A stretch of 64,000 nt of DNA from assembly GCA_965215185.1 (NCBI GenBank), contig OZ244034.1, positions 160,001-224,000 of the forward strand, written 5' to 3'. The first letter of the stretch is position 1; every line of letters starts with the position of its first letter. Both the position numbers and the translations under genes were made by a program. The notes under the pieces were generated by a model. That model did no database searches and was not told the DNA's origin. It saw nothing but the letters and a program-made list of their open reading frames with translations. Positions 10,488-20,446 of this stretch are shown piece after piece. Source of the stretch: Acidimicrobiia bacterium (GTDB taxonomy: Bacteria; Actinomycetota; Acidimicrobiia; Spongiisociales; ZC4RG35).

Positions 10488-11507
10488 TTGAACGCTTGCA
10501 TTGCCAGAGTGGGAATCTGTTTCCTGGATCGTCCCGACGCCCGCACCCAGGTGGCTCTTGCCCAAGAGGCCGAAGCGCTGGGGTACGAATCGGTCTGGAT
10601 ATGCGAGACACGCACCGCCCGCGACGCCATCTCGGTGATGGGGGCGGTCGCCCATCAGACCGAGCGGATAAAAATCGGGGCCGGGGTGGTGAACACCTGG
10701 ACCAGACCCGCCTCGCTCATGGCCCTGACCTTCGCCTCCCTCGACGAGTTGGCGCCCGCTCGGATGCTGCTGGGCCTGGGCGCTTACTGGGACCCGCTGG
10801 CCTGGAAGCAGGGAGTGATCCGAAGCCGGCCGCTGCGACAGATGCGGGAGTATGTGGAAGTGGTGCGCAGACTCCTAGCTCTGGAGACGGTCACCTTCGA
10901 GGGCGATCTGGTGCAGGTGAGAGATCTACGCCTGGAACTGGGGGAGGGCGCGTCTGATGCCCCGAGGCAGGTCCCCATCTATATCGGCGCCACCGGTCCC
11001 AAGATGCTGGCGCTATCGGGAGAGATCGCCGACGGGGTGCTGCTCAACGGATTCACATCCCCCTCCTATCAGGCTCAGGCCTTCGACCGGATGGCGCAGG
11101 GCGCGGCCCGGGTTGGCAAATCCCTTGACGATCTCGACCTTCCGCAAGTGGTGGTGGTAAGCGCCGATGACCGTCATCCCGAGCGGGCGTTCGAGGTGGC
11201 CCTTCGGATGACCACCATGTATCTGGGACAGCAGCCCCACATCGCCCTGGCCAGCGGCGTTCCGGAAGACCTGCTGGCTGAGGTCAAAGACGAGATGGGG
11301 GGCTGGCCTCCCAGGGCAGGGGGGATCGATGATGCGATGCGGCTGGTGCCCGCCGAAGTGGTGAGCGCGCTGTGCGTGTGGGGAGATCTGGCCGCCTGTC
11401 GGCAGGGTCTAGCGGCCTACGCTACCCGTCCCAATGTGTATCCGGTGGCGCTGCCCATCACCGAGAATTATCGGGAGATGGCAGAGGCATTCGCGCCCGG
11501 CGGCTAG
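10488..11507 (+). CDS. LLM-class flavin/F420-dependent oxidoreductase
   Basis: GYESVWICE, NTWTRPASLMALTFASLDEL, PIYIGATGPKML, GEIADGVLL. Confidence 0.9.
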   Translation: MNACIARVGICFLDRPDARTQVALAQEAEALGYESVWICETRTARDAISVMGAVAHQTERIKIGAGVVNTWTRPASLMALTFASLDELAPARMLLGLGAYWDPLAWKQGVIRSRPLRQMREYVEVVRRLLALETVTFEGDLVQVRDLRLELGEGASDAPRQVPIYIGATGPKMLALSGEIADGVLLNGFTSPSYQAQAFDRMAQGAARVGKSLDDLDLPQVVVVSADDRHPERAFEVALRMTTMYLGQQPHIALASGVPEDLLAEVKDEMGGWPPRAGGIDDAMRLVPAEVVSALCVWGDLAACRQGLAAYATRPNVYPVALPITENYREMAEAFAPGG

Positions 11508-11526
11508 ATCCCAAAAAGCGCCGCCA

Positions 11527-12372
11527 TCAAGTGGCGATGGCCCCGTAAAGGTCGGGACGGCGGTCGCGAAAAAAGCCCCATTCGTTGCGGATCTGGGGAA
11601 CCACCGAGAAGTCGAGATCGGCCAGCAGCACCTCATCGTCCTGATCGCTGGCCTGGCTGATGATCTGTCCCTTGGGATCCACCCACACCGACGATCCGTA
11701 GAAGTGCGAGTCGGAGCCGTCTTGGTCGACTCCCACCCGGTTCACTCCTCCCACGTACATGATGTTGTCCACTGCGTGGGCGCGAAGTTCCAGTTCCCAC
11801 AGATAGCGGCTCATCCCGGTGGTGGCGGTGGGCACCACCATCAACTGGGCGCCCTGCAGGGCAAACGCCCGCACCCCTTCCGGGAAATGGCGGTCATAGC
11901 AGATGTACACCGCGAACTTGATCCCGAACGGCGTGTCGAAGGTGACAAAGCCGGTGTCTCCCGGTGCGAAGTAGTACTTCTCGATTCCGGTCAGGGTGGG
12001 CGTGCTGACCAAAGGGATGTGGCTCTTTCGGTAGATACCCAAAAGTTCCCCGTCGGCGCCGATCACCGGGGCGGTGTTGAACAGCATCCCCTCGATGGTC
12101 TTCTCATAGATTGGCGCTACCAGCACCACTCCCGTCTCCCGAGCCACCTCTTGCATCCGCTCGGTGGTGGGGCCGGGGATCGGCTCGGCGAGATCAAAAT
12201 GGCGGGGGTCCATCTCATAGGGGAAGTAGATGGTGTTGAACAGTTCCTGCAGACAAACGATTTGCGCCCCCTGGTCGGCGGCCTGGCGAACCAGTTGTTC
12301 CCCCTTGGCGATGTTGGCCTCTTTGTCGTAGACGGTTGACATCTGGATGAGTGCGGTTCTGACGGTGGTCAT
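11527..12372 (-). CDS. Nitrilase-family C-N hydrolase, beta-ureidopropionase-like
   Basis: Catalytic E-K-C triad in CLQELF, YRKSHIP and YICYDRHFPEG. EKYYFAPGD motif. Directly downstream of hydA. Confidence 0.88.
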   Translation of the reverse strand: MTTVRTALIQMSTVYDKEANIAKGEQLVRQAADQGAQIVCLQELFNTIYFPYEMDPRHFDLAEPIPGPTTERMQEVARETGVVLVAPIYEKTIEGMLFNTAPVIGADGELLGIYRKSHIPLVSTPTLTGIEKYYFAPGDTGFVTFDTPFGIKFAVYICYDRHFPEGVRAFALQGAQLMVVPTATTGMSRYLWELELRAHAVDNIMYVGGVNRVGVDQDGSDSHFYGSSVWVDPKGQIISQASDQDDEVLLADLDFSVVPQIRNEWGFFRDRRPDLYGAIAT

Positions 12373-12387
12373 ACTTTCTCCCCGGGG

Positions 12388-13791
12388 TCAGGAAATCATT
12401 TCGGTGGTAAGTGTTTCAGAGGGTCGGCGTTTGATGAACCGACCCGCGCCGGCCCGGCCCACGAACTTACCATCCCGGACCACCGGCTCTCCTCTCAACA
12501 GCACCGTCTCCGCAGCTCCCTGCAGCACCCACCCCTCATAGGGGTTGTAGTCGCAGTTGGTCATCTGGGTTTCGGCCGAGAGGGTCTGCCGCCGGTTCGG
12601 ATCAAAGATCACCAGGTCCGCATCAGATCCGGGCGCGATCTCGCCTTTTTGGGGATACAGCCCGAACAGGCGGGCGGCATTGGTGGAAGTAATCTCCACC
12701 CAACGGTTGTGAGATATCCGGTTCTCCCGCACTCCGAAGTGGTAGAGGAGGCTCACCCGCCATTCCACTCCGGGCATCCCGTTGGGGATCTTGGTGAAAT
12801 CCCCTCTTCCCATCTCTTTTTGCGCCTTGTAATGGAACGGTGCATGGTCGGTGGCCACCAACTGCAAGTCACCGGCGGCCAGTCCTTCCCAAAGCCGCTC
12901 GCGATGGGATGGGGACCGCAGGGGTGGTGAGCAGACGTACTTGGCGCCCTGGAACCCGGGCGAGGCCAGCACATCATCAGAGAGCAGCAGATACTGGGGG
13001 CAGGTCTCGGCATACACGGGCAGTCCCCGCTCGCGACCCTGCCCCACCGCCTGCAGGGCCTCGGCCGCGGAGAGGTGCACCACATAGACCGGTACCTGGG
13101 CGATCTCGGCCAGGGCTATGGCCCGCGAGGTTGCCTCTCCTTCGGCTATGGAAGGCCGGGTCATGGAGTGAAAGCGGGGTTCGGTGTGCCCGGCGGCGAT
13201 CGCCTGCTGGATGAGCACCTCGATGGCGGGGCCGTTCTCGCAGTGCAGCATGATCAGACCCCCGTGGTCGGCGGTCCACTGCAGCGCCCGGAAGATGGCG
13301 CCGTCGTCCAGCATCCAGGCGTTGGGGTAGGCCATGAACAGCTTGAAGCTGGAGACGCCCTCTTCGATCAGCGCGCCCAAAGACGGCATATAGGACTCCG
13401 GAAGGTCGGTGATGATCTGGTGGAAGGCCCAGTCCACCGCGGCTCTGCCTTCCGATTTTCCGAACCACTCCTCGAGCGAAACCCGTGGATCATTGCCCTT
13501 TTGCTGGATGGGGAAGTCGATGATGGTGGTGGTTCCCCCCACTGCCGCGGCCACGGTGCCGGTGTAAAAGTCGTCGGAGATGAGGGTGTTGCCGGCCGGT
13601 GTGTCCATGTGGGTGTGAGGGTCGATCCCTCCGGGGATGACCAGTTTGCCGGTGGCGTCCATAATCCGGTCCGCCGGGAAGTCGCCCAAGTTCCCCACCC
13701 TGGCAATCTTTGCGTTCTCGATGAGAATGTCCTCTACCGTGTCCCGGGAGGCGGTTATTACCCGCCCTCCCTTGATCAGGGTGGTGCTCAC
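12388..13791 (-). CDS. hydA: Dihydropyrimidinase / D-hydantoinase
   Basis: PGGIDPHTH, GGTTTIIDF, SFKLFMAY, HCENG, ETCPQYL, YVCSPPLR, TDHAPF, IPNGMPGVE. Confidence 0.93.
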   Translation of the reverse strand: MSTTLIKGGRVITASRDTVEDILIENAKIARVGNLGDFPADRIMDATGKLVIPGGIDPHTHMDTPAGNTLISDDFYTGTVAAAVGGTTTIIDFPIQQKGNDPRVSLEEWFGKSEGRAAVDWAFHQIITDLPESYMPSLGALIEEGVSSFKLFMAYPNAWMLDDGAIFRALQWTADHGGLIMLHCENGPAIEVLIQQAIAAGHTEPRFHSMTRPSIAEGEATSRAIALAEIAQVPVYVVHLSAAEALQAVGQGRERGLPVYAETCPQYLLLSDDVLASPGFQGAKYVCSPPLRSPSHRERLWEGLAAGDLQLVATDHAPFHYKAQKEMGRGDFTKIPNGMPGVEWRVSLLYHFGVRENRISHNRWVEITSTNAARLFGLYPQKGEIAPGSDADLVIFDPNRRQTLSAETQMTNCDYNPYEGWVLQGAAETVLLRGEPVVRDGKFVGRAGAGRFIKRRPSETLTTEMIS

Positions 13792-13862
13792 CAGCCTCTC
13801 CTTGTCATTTGCCCCTAGCCTATTCCAGTATCTTGCTGGGGTAATCCTTTTGGAGGATCAAC

Positions 13863-14756
13863 TTGACCGAAAAAGCGTCCGGACCATCAGCGGAGATGGA
13901 TTTTTCTTCTGCAGACGAGGTGGCGGAACTTCTGGGCCGCCAAAACTATCTGGCCGACCGGGGATTGGCCACCGCCATCTATCTGGCGCGGGCCCTTCCT
14001 CAGCCGCTGATGCTGGAAGGCGAGGCCGGGGTGGGGAAGACCGAAGTGGCCAAGGCGTTGGCGGACGGGTTGGGAGTTCCACTGGTGCGTCTGCAGTGCT
14101 ATGAAGGCATAGACGCCGCCCAGGCTCTATACGAATGGGACTACACCCGCCAGCTTCTCCACCTGCGGGCCGCCGACCTGCGGGACGGGGGCGGTCGCGA
14201 CATTTACGGGGAGGAGTTTCTGTTGGAAAGACCGCTTCTGCGGGCCCTGAGGTCCGAGGGCAGATGCGTGTTGCTGATTGATGAAATAGACCGCGCCGAT
14301 GATGAATTCGAGGCTTTCCTCCTGGAGATTCTATCCGAATTCCAAATCTCAATTCCCGAGTTGGGGGTTATCCAGTCCGCTGCTGCTCCGATGGTGGTGC
14401 TCACCTCCAACCGCACCCGGGAATTGCACGATGCTCTCAAACGCCGCTGTCTCTATCACTGGATAAATCTCCCGGATCCCCTCCGGGAGGTGGCGATAAT
14501 AAGAGCCAGAGCGCCGGAGGTGTCCGAGGCGCTGGCCCGCAAGGTGGTGCGTGCGGCCGCGCGCCTGCGCCAGGCCGATCTGGTGAAGACGCCGGGAGTG
14601 GCGGAAACCATCAGTTGGTCGAGGGCGTTAGAGCGGCTGGGGACCAAACGCCTTGACACCGAGACGGTCCGACTCACCCTGGGGGCGGCGCTTAAGGAAC
14701 GCGACGACCTGGAAACAGCGGAAGGATTCATTGAGGAACTCGCCGACCTTGAATGA
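13863..14756 (+). CDS. MoxR-family AAA+ ATPase (CoxD-like)
   Basis: LEGEAGVGKTE, RLQCYEGID, LLIDEIDRAD, TSNRTRELHDALKRRC. The start could instead be ATG near 13896. Confidence 0.92.
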   Translation: MTEKASGPSAEMDFSSADEVAELLGRQNYLADRGLATAIYLARALPQPLMLEGEAGVGKTEVAKALADGLGVPLVRLQCYEGIDAAQALYEWDYTRQLLHLRAADLRDGGGRDIYGEEFLLERPLLRALRSEGRCVLLIDEIDRADDEFEAFLLEILSEFQISIPELGVIQSAAAPMVVLTSNRTRELHDALKRRCLYHWINLPDPLREVAIIRARAPEVSEALARKVVRAAARLRQADLVKTPGVAETISWSRALERLGTKRLDTETVRLTLGAALKERDDLETAEGFIEELADLE

Positions 14757-15885
14757 TGGCGAGGAACTTTTCGGGTCACTGATCCGCTTCGCCCAACATC
14801 TGCGAACCCACGGTTTCACGGTGGGACCGGGTCGGATTCTGTCTTTCTGCCGGGCGGCGGCCCAACTCGATCCCACCGATCCGGCTGACTTGTACTGGGC
14901 AGGCCGGCTGACCCTGGTGGATGACCATCGCAGGTTCGCCGACTACGACCGGGCTTTCGCCGAGTGGTTCTCTCGTTCCGAGCAGGAGCCCTCCACTCGC
15001 CCGGGAGAGTTCACATTCGGAGGATGGGACGATGAGGCAGCGCCTATCGGAACGCAGACGGTTGCGACTACCCAAGAGGTCTCGGTGGTTGACCCTTCCG
15101 AGGACGGCGCCAGCTCCAGTGGCCCAACGGCTTCCGAAGACGAGATCCTCAAGGAAAAGCGGTTTGATCACTGGAGCGAGGAAGACCTGCGTCGGCTTCA
15201 CCAGTTGGTGGCCGGGATAGCGGTGAACCTGCCCAAGCGGGTGGTGCGGCGCACCCGGCCGGGACCAAGAGGACGCATCGATTTACGGAGAACCGTACGC
15301 CGTTCACTGCGCAGTGACGGCGAACCCTTTCACAGGGCGTTTCGTCGCCGACGGATCAAGCCCCGCCAACTGGTGATGATCCTCGACATCTCGGGGTCCA
15401 TGGCCGGATTCTCCCGACCGCTGCTCCACTTCGCCTATGCCACCCATCGCGCTGCCCACGGGGTTGAAGTGTTCTGTTTCGGAACCAGGCTCACCCGGAT
15501 AACCCCTCAGCTTCGCTGGCGCGATCCCAATCGCTCGATTGAAGAAGCCGCATCCCGGGTGGTGGATTGGGAGAGCGGCACGCGGATCGGCGAGTCGCTC
15601 ACCGAGTACGTGCGGCGCTACGGCCCCGACTCCCGCAATCGGGGGTCGGTGGTACTGATCTGCTCGGACGGCCTGGAAAGAGGGAGCCCCGAGGTTCTGG
15701 GGTCGGCGATGGCCCGCCTGTCCCGGCAAGCGCACCGGGTGATATGGGTGAATCCCCTGATGGGAGACCCCGGATTTCGCCCTCTGACCAGGGGACTGAT
15801 AGCTTCCCTTCCCCATATCGACTCCATGTTGCCGGGGCACAACCTGGCTGCCTTGGATCAAATGGCCGGGTTGTTGGCTGAATAA
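14749..15885 (+). CDS. VWA-domain protein (CoxE-like)
   Basis: DLRRTVRRSLR, DISGSM MIDAS motif, FCFGTRLTRIT, GTRIG, SDGLE, WVNPL. The TTG start at 14749 is inferred. Confidence 0.9.
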   Translation: MNDGEELFGSLIRFAQHLRTHGFTVGPGRILSFCRAAAQLDPTDPADLYWAGRLTLVDDHRRFADYDRAFAEWFSRSEQEPSTRPGEFTFGGWDDEAAPIGTQTVATTQEVSVVDPSEDGASSSGPTASEDEILKEKRFDHWSEEDLRRLHQLVAGIAVNLPKRVVRRTRPGPRGRIDLRRTVRRSLRSDGEPFHRAFRRRRIKPRQLVMILDISGSMAGFSRPLLHFAYATHRAAHGVEVFCFGTRLTRITPQLRWRDPNRSIEEAASRVVDWESGTRIGESLTEYVRRYGPDSRNRGSVVLICSDGLERGSPEVLGSAMARLSRQAHRVIWVNPLMGDPGFRPLTRGLIASLPHIDSMLPGHNLAALDQMAGLLAE

Positions 15886-15959
15886 ATCTCTCTGAGCGGA
15901 CTTCCTGCGGAGCGCACCTCTATATTTGGCGTGCAAGACTTACGCGAGATGGGAGAGCG

Positions 15960-16823
15960 ATGAAACCCGCAACTTTCGAATACCACGCTCCCGAATCTGT
16001 CGACGACGCGGCCGGACTGTTAAGCAGCCATGAGGACGCCAAGGTGCTGGCCGGAGGCCAGAGCCTGGTCCCCATGATGAGCTTCCGACTGGCCAGGCCC
16101 GCACGCATCGTCGACATCAACGGGATTTGTGACCTTGATTACATCCGATGCAATGGGGGTGACCTGCAAATCGGGGCCACGGCCCGGCAGACCGCGGTGG
16201 AAGAATCCTCCGAAGTGGCCACCCATGCCCCGCTCCTGGTGGCCGCCACCGGCTATGTGGGCCATCGGGCGATCCGCAACCGCGGGACCCTGGCGGGAAG
16301 CCTGGCGCACAACGACCCGGCCTCGGAATACCCGGCGGTACTGATGGCTTTGGGCGCCTCCGTCACCGCAGTCTCCTCCGGGGGATCCAGGGTGCTGTCC
16401 GTGGAAGATCTGGTCAGGGGGCACTTCCTCTCGACTGCACTTGGACCCGATGAACTAATCACCGAGATCTCGGTTCCCGCCCAATCCGGCGGTTACGGTT
16501 TTGCCGAGTTCTCCCGTCGCCACGGGGACTTCGCCATAGCCGGCGCGGCGGTGGTGGTGAGTATGAACGGAGACTCGGTGGAATCGGCTTCCATCACCGC
16601 TTTCGGAGGGACGCAGCCCGCCCGTCTGGACGAAGCGGAAGCGGTCCTGGCCGGTACCGATGGAGGGGCCGCCGCTGTGGCGGAGGCCGCCGCCCGGGCC
16701 GCTGCCCAGTTCCCTACCACCGACGACATTCACGGAAGCGCCGACTACCGGCGCAATTTGATCGATGTGCTCACCCGACGGGGGTTGCAGCAGGCGATCG
16801 CCCACGCTCAGGAGGTGGAATGA
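15960..16823 (+). CDS. Xanthine dehydrogenase family FAD-binding medium subunit (CoxM/CutM-like)
   Basis: LAGGQSLVPMMSFR, IRNRGTLAGSLAHNDP, RRHGDFA, DDIHGSADYR. Confidence 0.93.
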   Translation: MKPATFEYHAPESVDDAAGLLSSHEDAKVLAGGQSLVPMMSFRLARPARIVDINGICDLDYIRCNGGDLQIGATARQTAVEESSEVATHAPLLVAATGYVGHRAIRNRGTLAGSLAHNDPASEYPAVLMALGASVTAVSSGGSRVLSVEDLVRGHFLSTALGPDELITEISVPAQSGGYGFAEFSRRHGDFAIAGAAVVVSMNGDSVESASITAFGGTQPARLDEAEAVLAGTDGGAAAVAEAAARAAAQFPTTDDIHGSADYRRNLIDVLTRRGLQQAIAHAQEVE

Positions 16824-17305
16824 TGGCCCAAGTGGCGATAACGCTCAACGTGAACGGAAGAAACCAAACCACTTTGGCTGAACCCAGGGAGATCCTGGCC
16901 GATGTGCTGCGAGACCAACTGGGACTCACCGGTACCCATTTGGGGTGCGAACACGGGGTGTGCGGGGCGTGCACCGTTCTCCTGGACGGAGAGATGGTGC
17001 GTTCTTGCCTGCTCTTTGCCGTACAAGTCCAGGGTGCCGAGATCACCACCATCGAAGGTTTGGAACAAGATGGCGAGCTTCATCCCATGCAGAAGGCCTT
17101 CTCGGAGTACCACGGTTTGCAATGCGGGTTCTGCACTCCGGGAATGATCCTGGCCGGAGTGGATCTGTTGAAGCGCAATTCTGATCCCACAGCCCAAGAA
17201 GTGCGGGATGACATGGGCGGAAACATCTGCCGCTGCACCGGATACCAGAAGATCGTCGAATCGGTGCTGGGTGCGGCTAGGGAAATGAACGAGGTGACAT
17301 CATGA
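16820..17305 (+). CDS. Xanthine dehydrogenase family 2Fe-2S small subunit (CoxS-like)
   Basis: GCEHGVCGACTV, QCGFCTPG, GNICRCTGY. Confidence 0.95.
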   Translation: MMAQVAITLNVNGRNQTTLAEPREILADVLRDQLGLTGTHLGCEHGVCGACTVLLDGEMVRSCLLFAVQVQGAEITTIEGLEQDGELHPMQKAFSEYHGLQCGFCTPGMILAGVDLLKRNSDPTAQEVRDDMGGNICRCTGYQKIVESVLGAAREMNEVTS

Positions 17306-19668
17306 CCACCACCCAATGGATCGGCGCGCGTGCGCCGCGGCGGGAGGACCCGGCTCTGATCAGGGGACGGGGCCGTTTCATAGCCGACATAAAACTGCAC
17401 GGGACCCTGCACATGGCAATACTGCGCAGCCCCTACGGCCATGCCCGTATCAACTCGGTGGACGCCTCCGAGGCCAGAGCAATGGACGGCGTTCACATGG
17501 TCATTACTCCCGACGACATCCCCGATCACATCACCCCTTTCCCGGTGGTCTGGAGGCTGCCGGGCCAAAAGGATTCATGCACTCCTGCCCTAGCGGTCGG
17601 CAAGGTCCGCTATGTGGGCGAGCCGGTGGCGGCGGTGGTGGCCGAATCCCGGTATCTGGCCGAAGACGCTCTCGACGGCATCGATGTCGACTACGAGCCC
17701 CTCGATGCGGTGACCAACGCCGAGGCGGCCTTGGACGAGGGCGCCCCGGTAATCAACGAGGAGTGGGGCGACAACGTCGCAGTACACCATGTTTTTGCGG
17801 GATACAACGCTCTGGGCGTGTGCGGATACGAGCCCGAGGTTTTCGACAATGCCGATGAGATAGTCCGGGGCAGGTTCACCATCGGGCGCCACTCGGGTAT
17901 CCCGCTGGAGACCCGGGGCATTGTGGCCGACTGGGACGAGGTCCACGGACGGCTCACTGTTCATTCCGAGTCGCAGGTGGCTAGCTTGTTCCGCACGGAA
18001 CTGGCCGCCTCGCTGGGTCTTCCCGAGACCGCGGTCCGGGTGCTCACCCCCAACATGGGCGGAGGGTTCGGCAATAAGTGGGACCGCTACCCCGAGGATC
18101 TGTTGGTCAGCATTGCCAGCATGGAACTGGGCAAGCCCGTCAAATGGATCGGTGACCGGCGCGAGGGCCTGATGGCCACCGTGCACGGCCGGGGGCAGAT
18201 CCAGGAGTGGGAGATGGCTCTGAACAGCGACGGAACCATCCTGGGACTGCGAGGCAAGGTCATCAACGACCTGGGCGCCCATCTGCACAGCGTCGGAATA
18301 GGCCCGGCTTGGGTGACCGGCGCAGCCGCGCCTAACCAGTACCGGATCACCAACTATTACTGCGATGTGATAGCGGCTGCCACCAACAAGACCCCAGTCA
18401 GCACCTTCCGAGGTTTCGGCGGACCCGAGGGAATTTTCGGGACTGAGCGGATGGTGGACAAAGCGGCGCGCCAGCTGGGCATCGACCCGGCTGAACTGCG
18501 GCGCAAGAACCTGATCCAGCCCGACGAGTTCCCCTGGTTCAACGCGGCCGGCGCCGTCTATGACTCCGGCAACTTCCCGGCCTGTCTGGAAAAGGCGCTG
18601 GAAGCAGCCGATTACGACCGGCTCCGAGGGGAGCAGAAGGAACTGCGCGAGCAGGGCATTTACCGGGGAATCGGCATCTCCAGTTACATCCATGTCTCGG
18701 GCTTCGGGCCCTCGCCCATCCTGGGGTATCTCGGCTACTACACGGGCGGTTACGAAGGTTCCACGATCAAGATCGACCCGAACGGAAAGGCCACTGTCTA
18801 CACGGGGATGATCCCCATGGGACAGGGAACCGAGACCACCTTGGCGCAGGTTGCGGCTCACCATCTGGAGATCGACATGGCCGACGTCCGGGTGGTGTGG
18901 GGCGACACCGATCAGACTCCCTACACCGGGTTCGGCTCGGCAGGCAGCCGCTCCAATGTCGCGGCGGTGGCAGTGATCAAGGCCATTGAGGAGATCAAGG
19001 CCAAGGCGGTCCGCATCGGAGCGGGAATGCTGGAGGCAGATACCGAAGACGTGCAGTACACCGACGGCATGGTCTCGGTGAAAGGCGCCGAGGAAATGCG
19101 TTCGGTCAGCCTGGCGCAGGTCGCCCAACAAGCCTATTGGGCGCATGCCCTTCCCGAGGGCGACCAGCCCTTCCTGGAGGCCACTTACGTATACGACCCG
19201 CCCAACTTCACCACTGCCTCGGGTTGCCATCTAGTGGTGTTGGATGTCGACACCCAGACCGGCAAGATCACCTGGCAGAATTATGTGGTGGTGGATGACT
19301 GCGGACCGGTGATCAACCCGCTGCTGGTGGAAGGACAGATCCAGGGCGGCATAGCTCAGGCTTTGGGCGGCGCCGTCTTGGAAGAGTTCGTGTACGACGA
19401 GGACGGCCAGTTGCTCACCGCCTCCTTGATGGACTACCTGCTGCCTTCTTTCACCGACGTTCCCGACTTCGAGATTCATCATGTGGTTACCCCCTCTCCT
19501 CACACCGAAGGGGGCTTCAAGGGCATGGGCGAGGCCGGCACCTTCCCGCCGGGTGCGGCGGTGGCCAACGCGGTCACCGACGCTCTCAGCCATCTGGGAG
19601 TGGAGGCCGATGAGCTTCCCATCACTCCCAGTCGGCTCTGGAACCTCATCAGGGAGGCCACCGGGTAA
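17302..19668 (+). CDS. Xanthine dehydrogenase family molybdopterin large subunit (not form I CO dehydrogenase)
   Basis: RREDPAL, GGGFGNK, STFRGFGGPE, GQGTET, GSAGSRS, INPLLVEGQIQGG, KGMGE. The AYxCSFR motif is absent. Confidence 0.93.
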   Translation: MTTTQWIGARAPRREDPALIRGRGRFIADIKLHGTLHMAILRSPYGHARINSVDASEARAMDGVHMVITPDDIPDHITPFPVVWRLPGQKDSCTPALAVGKVRYVGEPVAAVVAESRYLAEDALDGIDVDYEPLDAVTNAEAALDEGAPVINEEWGDNVAVHHVFAGYNALGVCGYEPEVFDNADEIVRGRFTIGRHSGIPLETRGIVADWDEVHGRLTVHSESQVASLFRTELAASLGLPETAVRVLTPNMGGGFGNKWDRYPEDLLVSIASMELGKPVKWIGDRREGLMATVHGRGQIQEWEMALNSDGTILGLRGKVINDLGAHLHSVGIGPAWVTGAAAPNQYRITNYYCDVIAAATNKTPVSTFRGFGGPEGIFGTERMVDKAARQLGIDPAELRRKNLIQPDEFPWFNAAGAVYDSGNFPACLEKALEAADYDRLRGEQKELREQGIYRGIGISSYIHVSGFGPSPILGYLGYYTGGYEGSTIKIDPNGKATVYTGMIPMGQGTETTLAQVAAHHLEIDMADVRVVWGDTDQTPYTGFGSAGSRSNVAAVAVIKAIEEIKAKAVRIGAGMLEADTEDVQYTDGMVSVKGAEEMRSVSLAQVAQQAYWAHALPEGDQPFLEATYVYDPPNFTTASGCHLVVLDVDTQTGKITWQNYVVVDDCGPVINPLLVEGQIQGGIAQALGGAVLEEFVYDEDGQLLTASLMDYLLPSFTDVPDFEIHHVVTPSPHTEGGFKGMGEAGTFPPGAAVANAVTDALSHLGVEADELPITPSRLWNLIREATG

Positions 19669-19673
19669 GCGCG

Positions 19674-20432
19674 ATGGATACTCAGCTAACCGGCAAGGTG
19701 GCCCTGGTCACCGGAGCCAGCCAGGGCATTGGCCGCGCCATCGCCATAGCCCTTGCCCAGGAAGGCGCTCAGGTGGCGTTGATGGCGCGCAACCGCCAGG
19801 GCCTGGAGGAGACCCTGGAGTTGATCGGAGGGTCGGGCATGATCATGCCCTGCGATGTGACCGACCCTCCGGCGGTGCGGCAGGCGGTTGAAGATGTGGT
19901 GTCGGCGTTGGGAGGACTGGATGTGGTGGTTAACAACGCCGGCCAACGACAGAACTTCAAGACACTGGACAAGCTGTCCATCGAGGAGTGGAGGAAGGTG
20001 GTCGAGGCCAACCTCTCGTCGGTTTTCTACGTCACCAACGCCGCCGCGCCTCATCTGATCGAGCAGCGATCGGGCGCGGTGGTGAATGTGTCCTCCATCG
20101 CTGGTCCGTTCGCCTTTCCCACCATCGGGTCCTACAGCGCCGCCAAGGCGGGAGTGATCGGCCTCACCAAAACCATGGCCGCCGAGTGGGCCGAGTTCGG
20201 GGTGAGGGTCAACTCGGTGGCGCCGGGATGGACAGAATCTCCGATGAATGTCGAGTTGCGCACCGACCCCGGAAACGCCGAACTCTTGGCGACGATAACG
20301 TCCAAGATTCCCCTGGGCCGTTTCGCCTCAGGTACCGAGATAGCCCAGGCTGTGGTCTTCCTGGCAGGCGCCACCGGCAGCTACATCACCGGTGAGACGT
20401 TAATGGTGGACGGCGGCTGGGGCATGGTCTAG
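19674..20432 (+). CDS. SDR-family NAD(P)-dependent oxidoreductase
   Basis: TGASQGIG, NNAG, YSAAK, VDGG. Confidence 0.93.
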   Translation: MDTQLTGKVALVTGASQGIGRAIAIALAQEGAQVALMARNRQGLEETLELIGGSGMIMPCDVTDPPAVRQAVEDVVSALGGLDVVVNNAGQRQNFKTLDKLSIEEWRKVVEANLSSVFYVTNAAAPHLIEQRSGAVVNVSSIAGPFAFPTIGSYSAAKAGVIGLTKTMAAEWAEFGVRVNSVAPGWTESPMNVELRTDPGNAELLATITSKIPLGRFASGTEIAQAVVFLAGATGSYITGETLMVDGGWGMV

Positions 20433-20446
20433 TAGAAGGTCGGATC

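Noticed and set aside
17590-19230. 546-aa antisense ORF over the Mo-hydroxylase large subunit
   Set aside because: Shadow ORF expected from high-GC codon bias, with no recognisable motifs
15960-19668. Aerobic CO dehydrogenase call from coxMSL-like order plus coxDE
   Set aside because: The large subunit lacks the AYxCSFR Cu-binding motif
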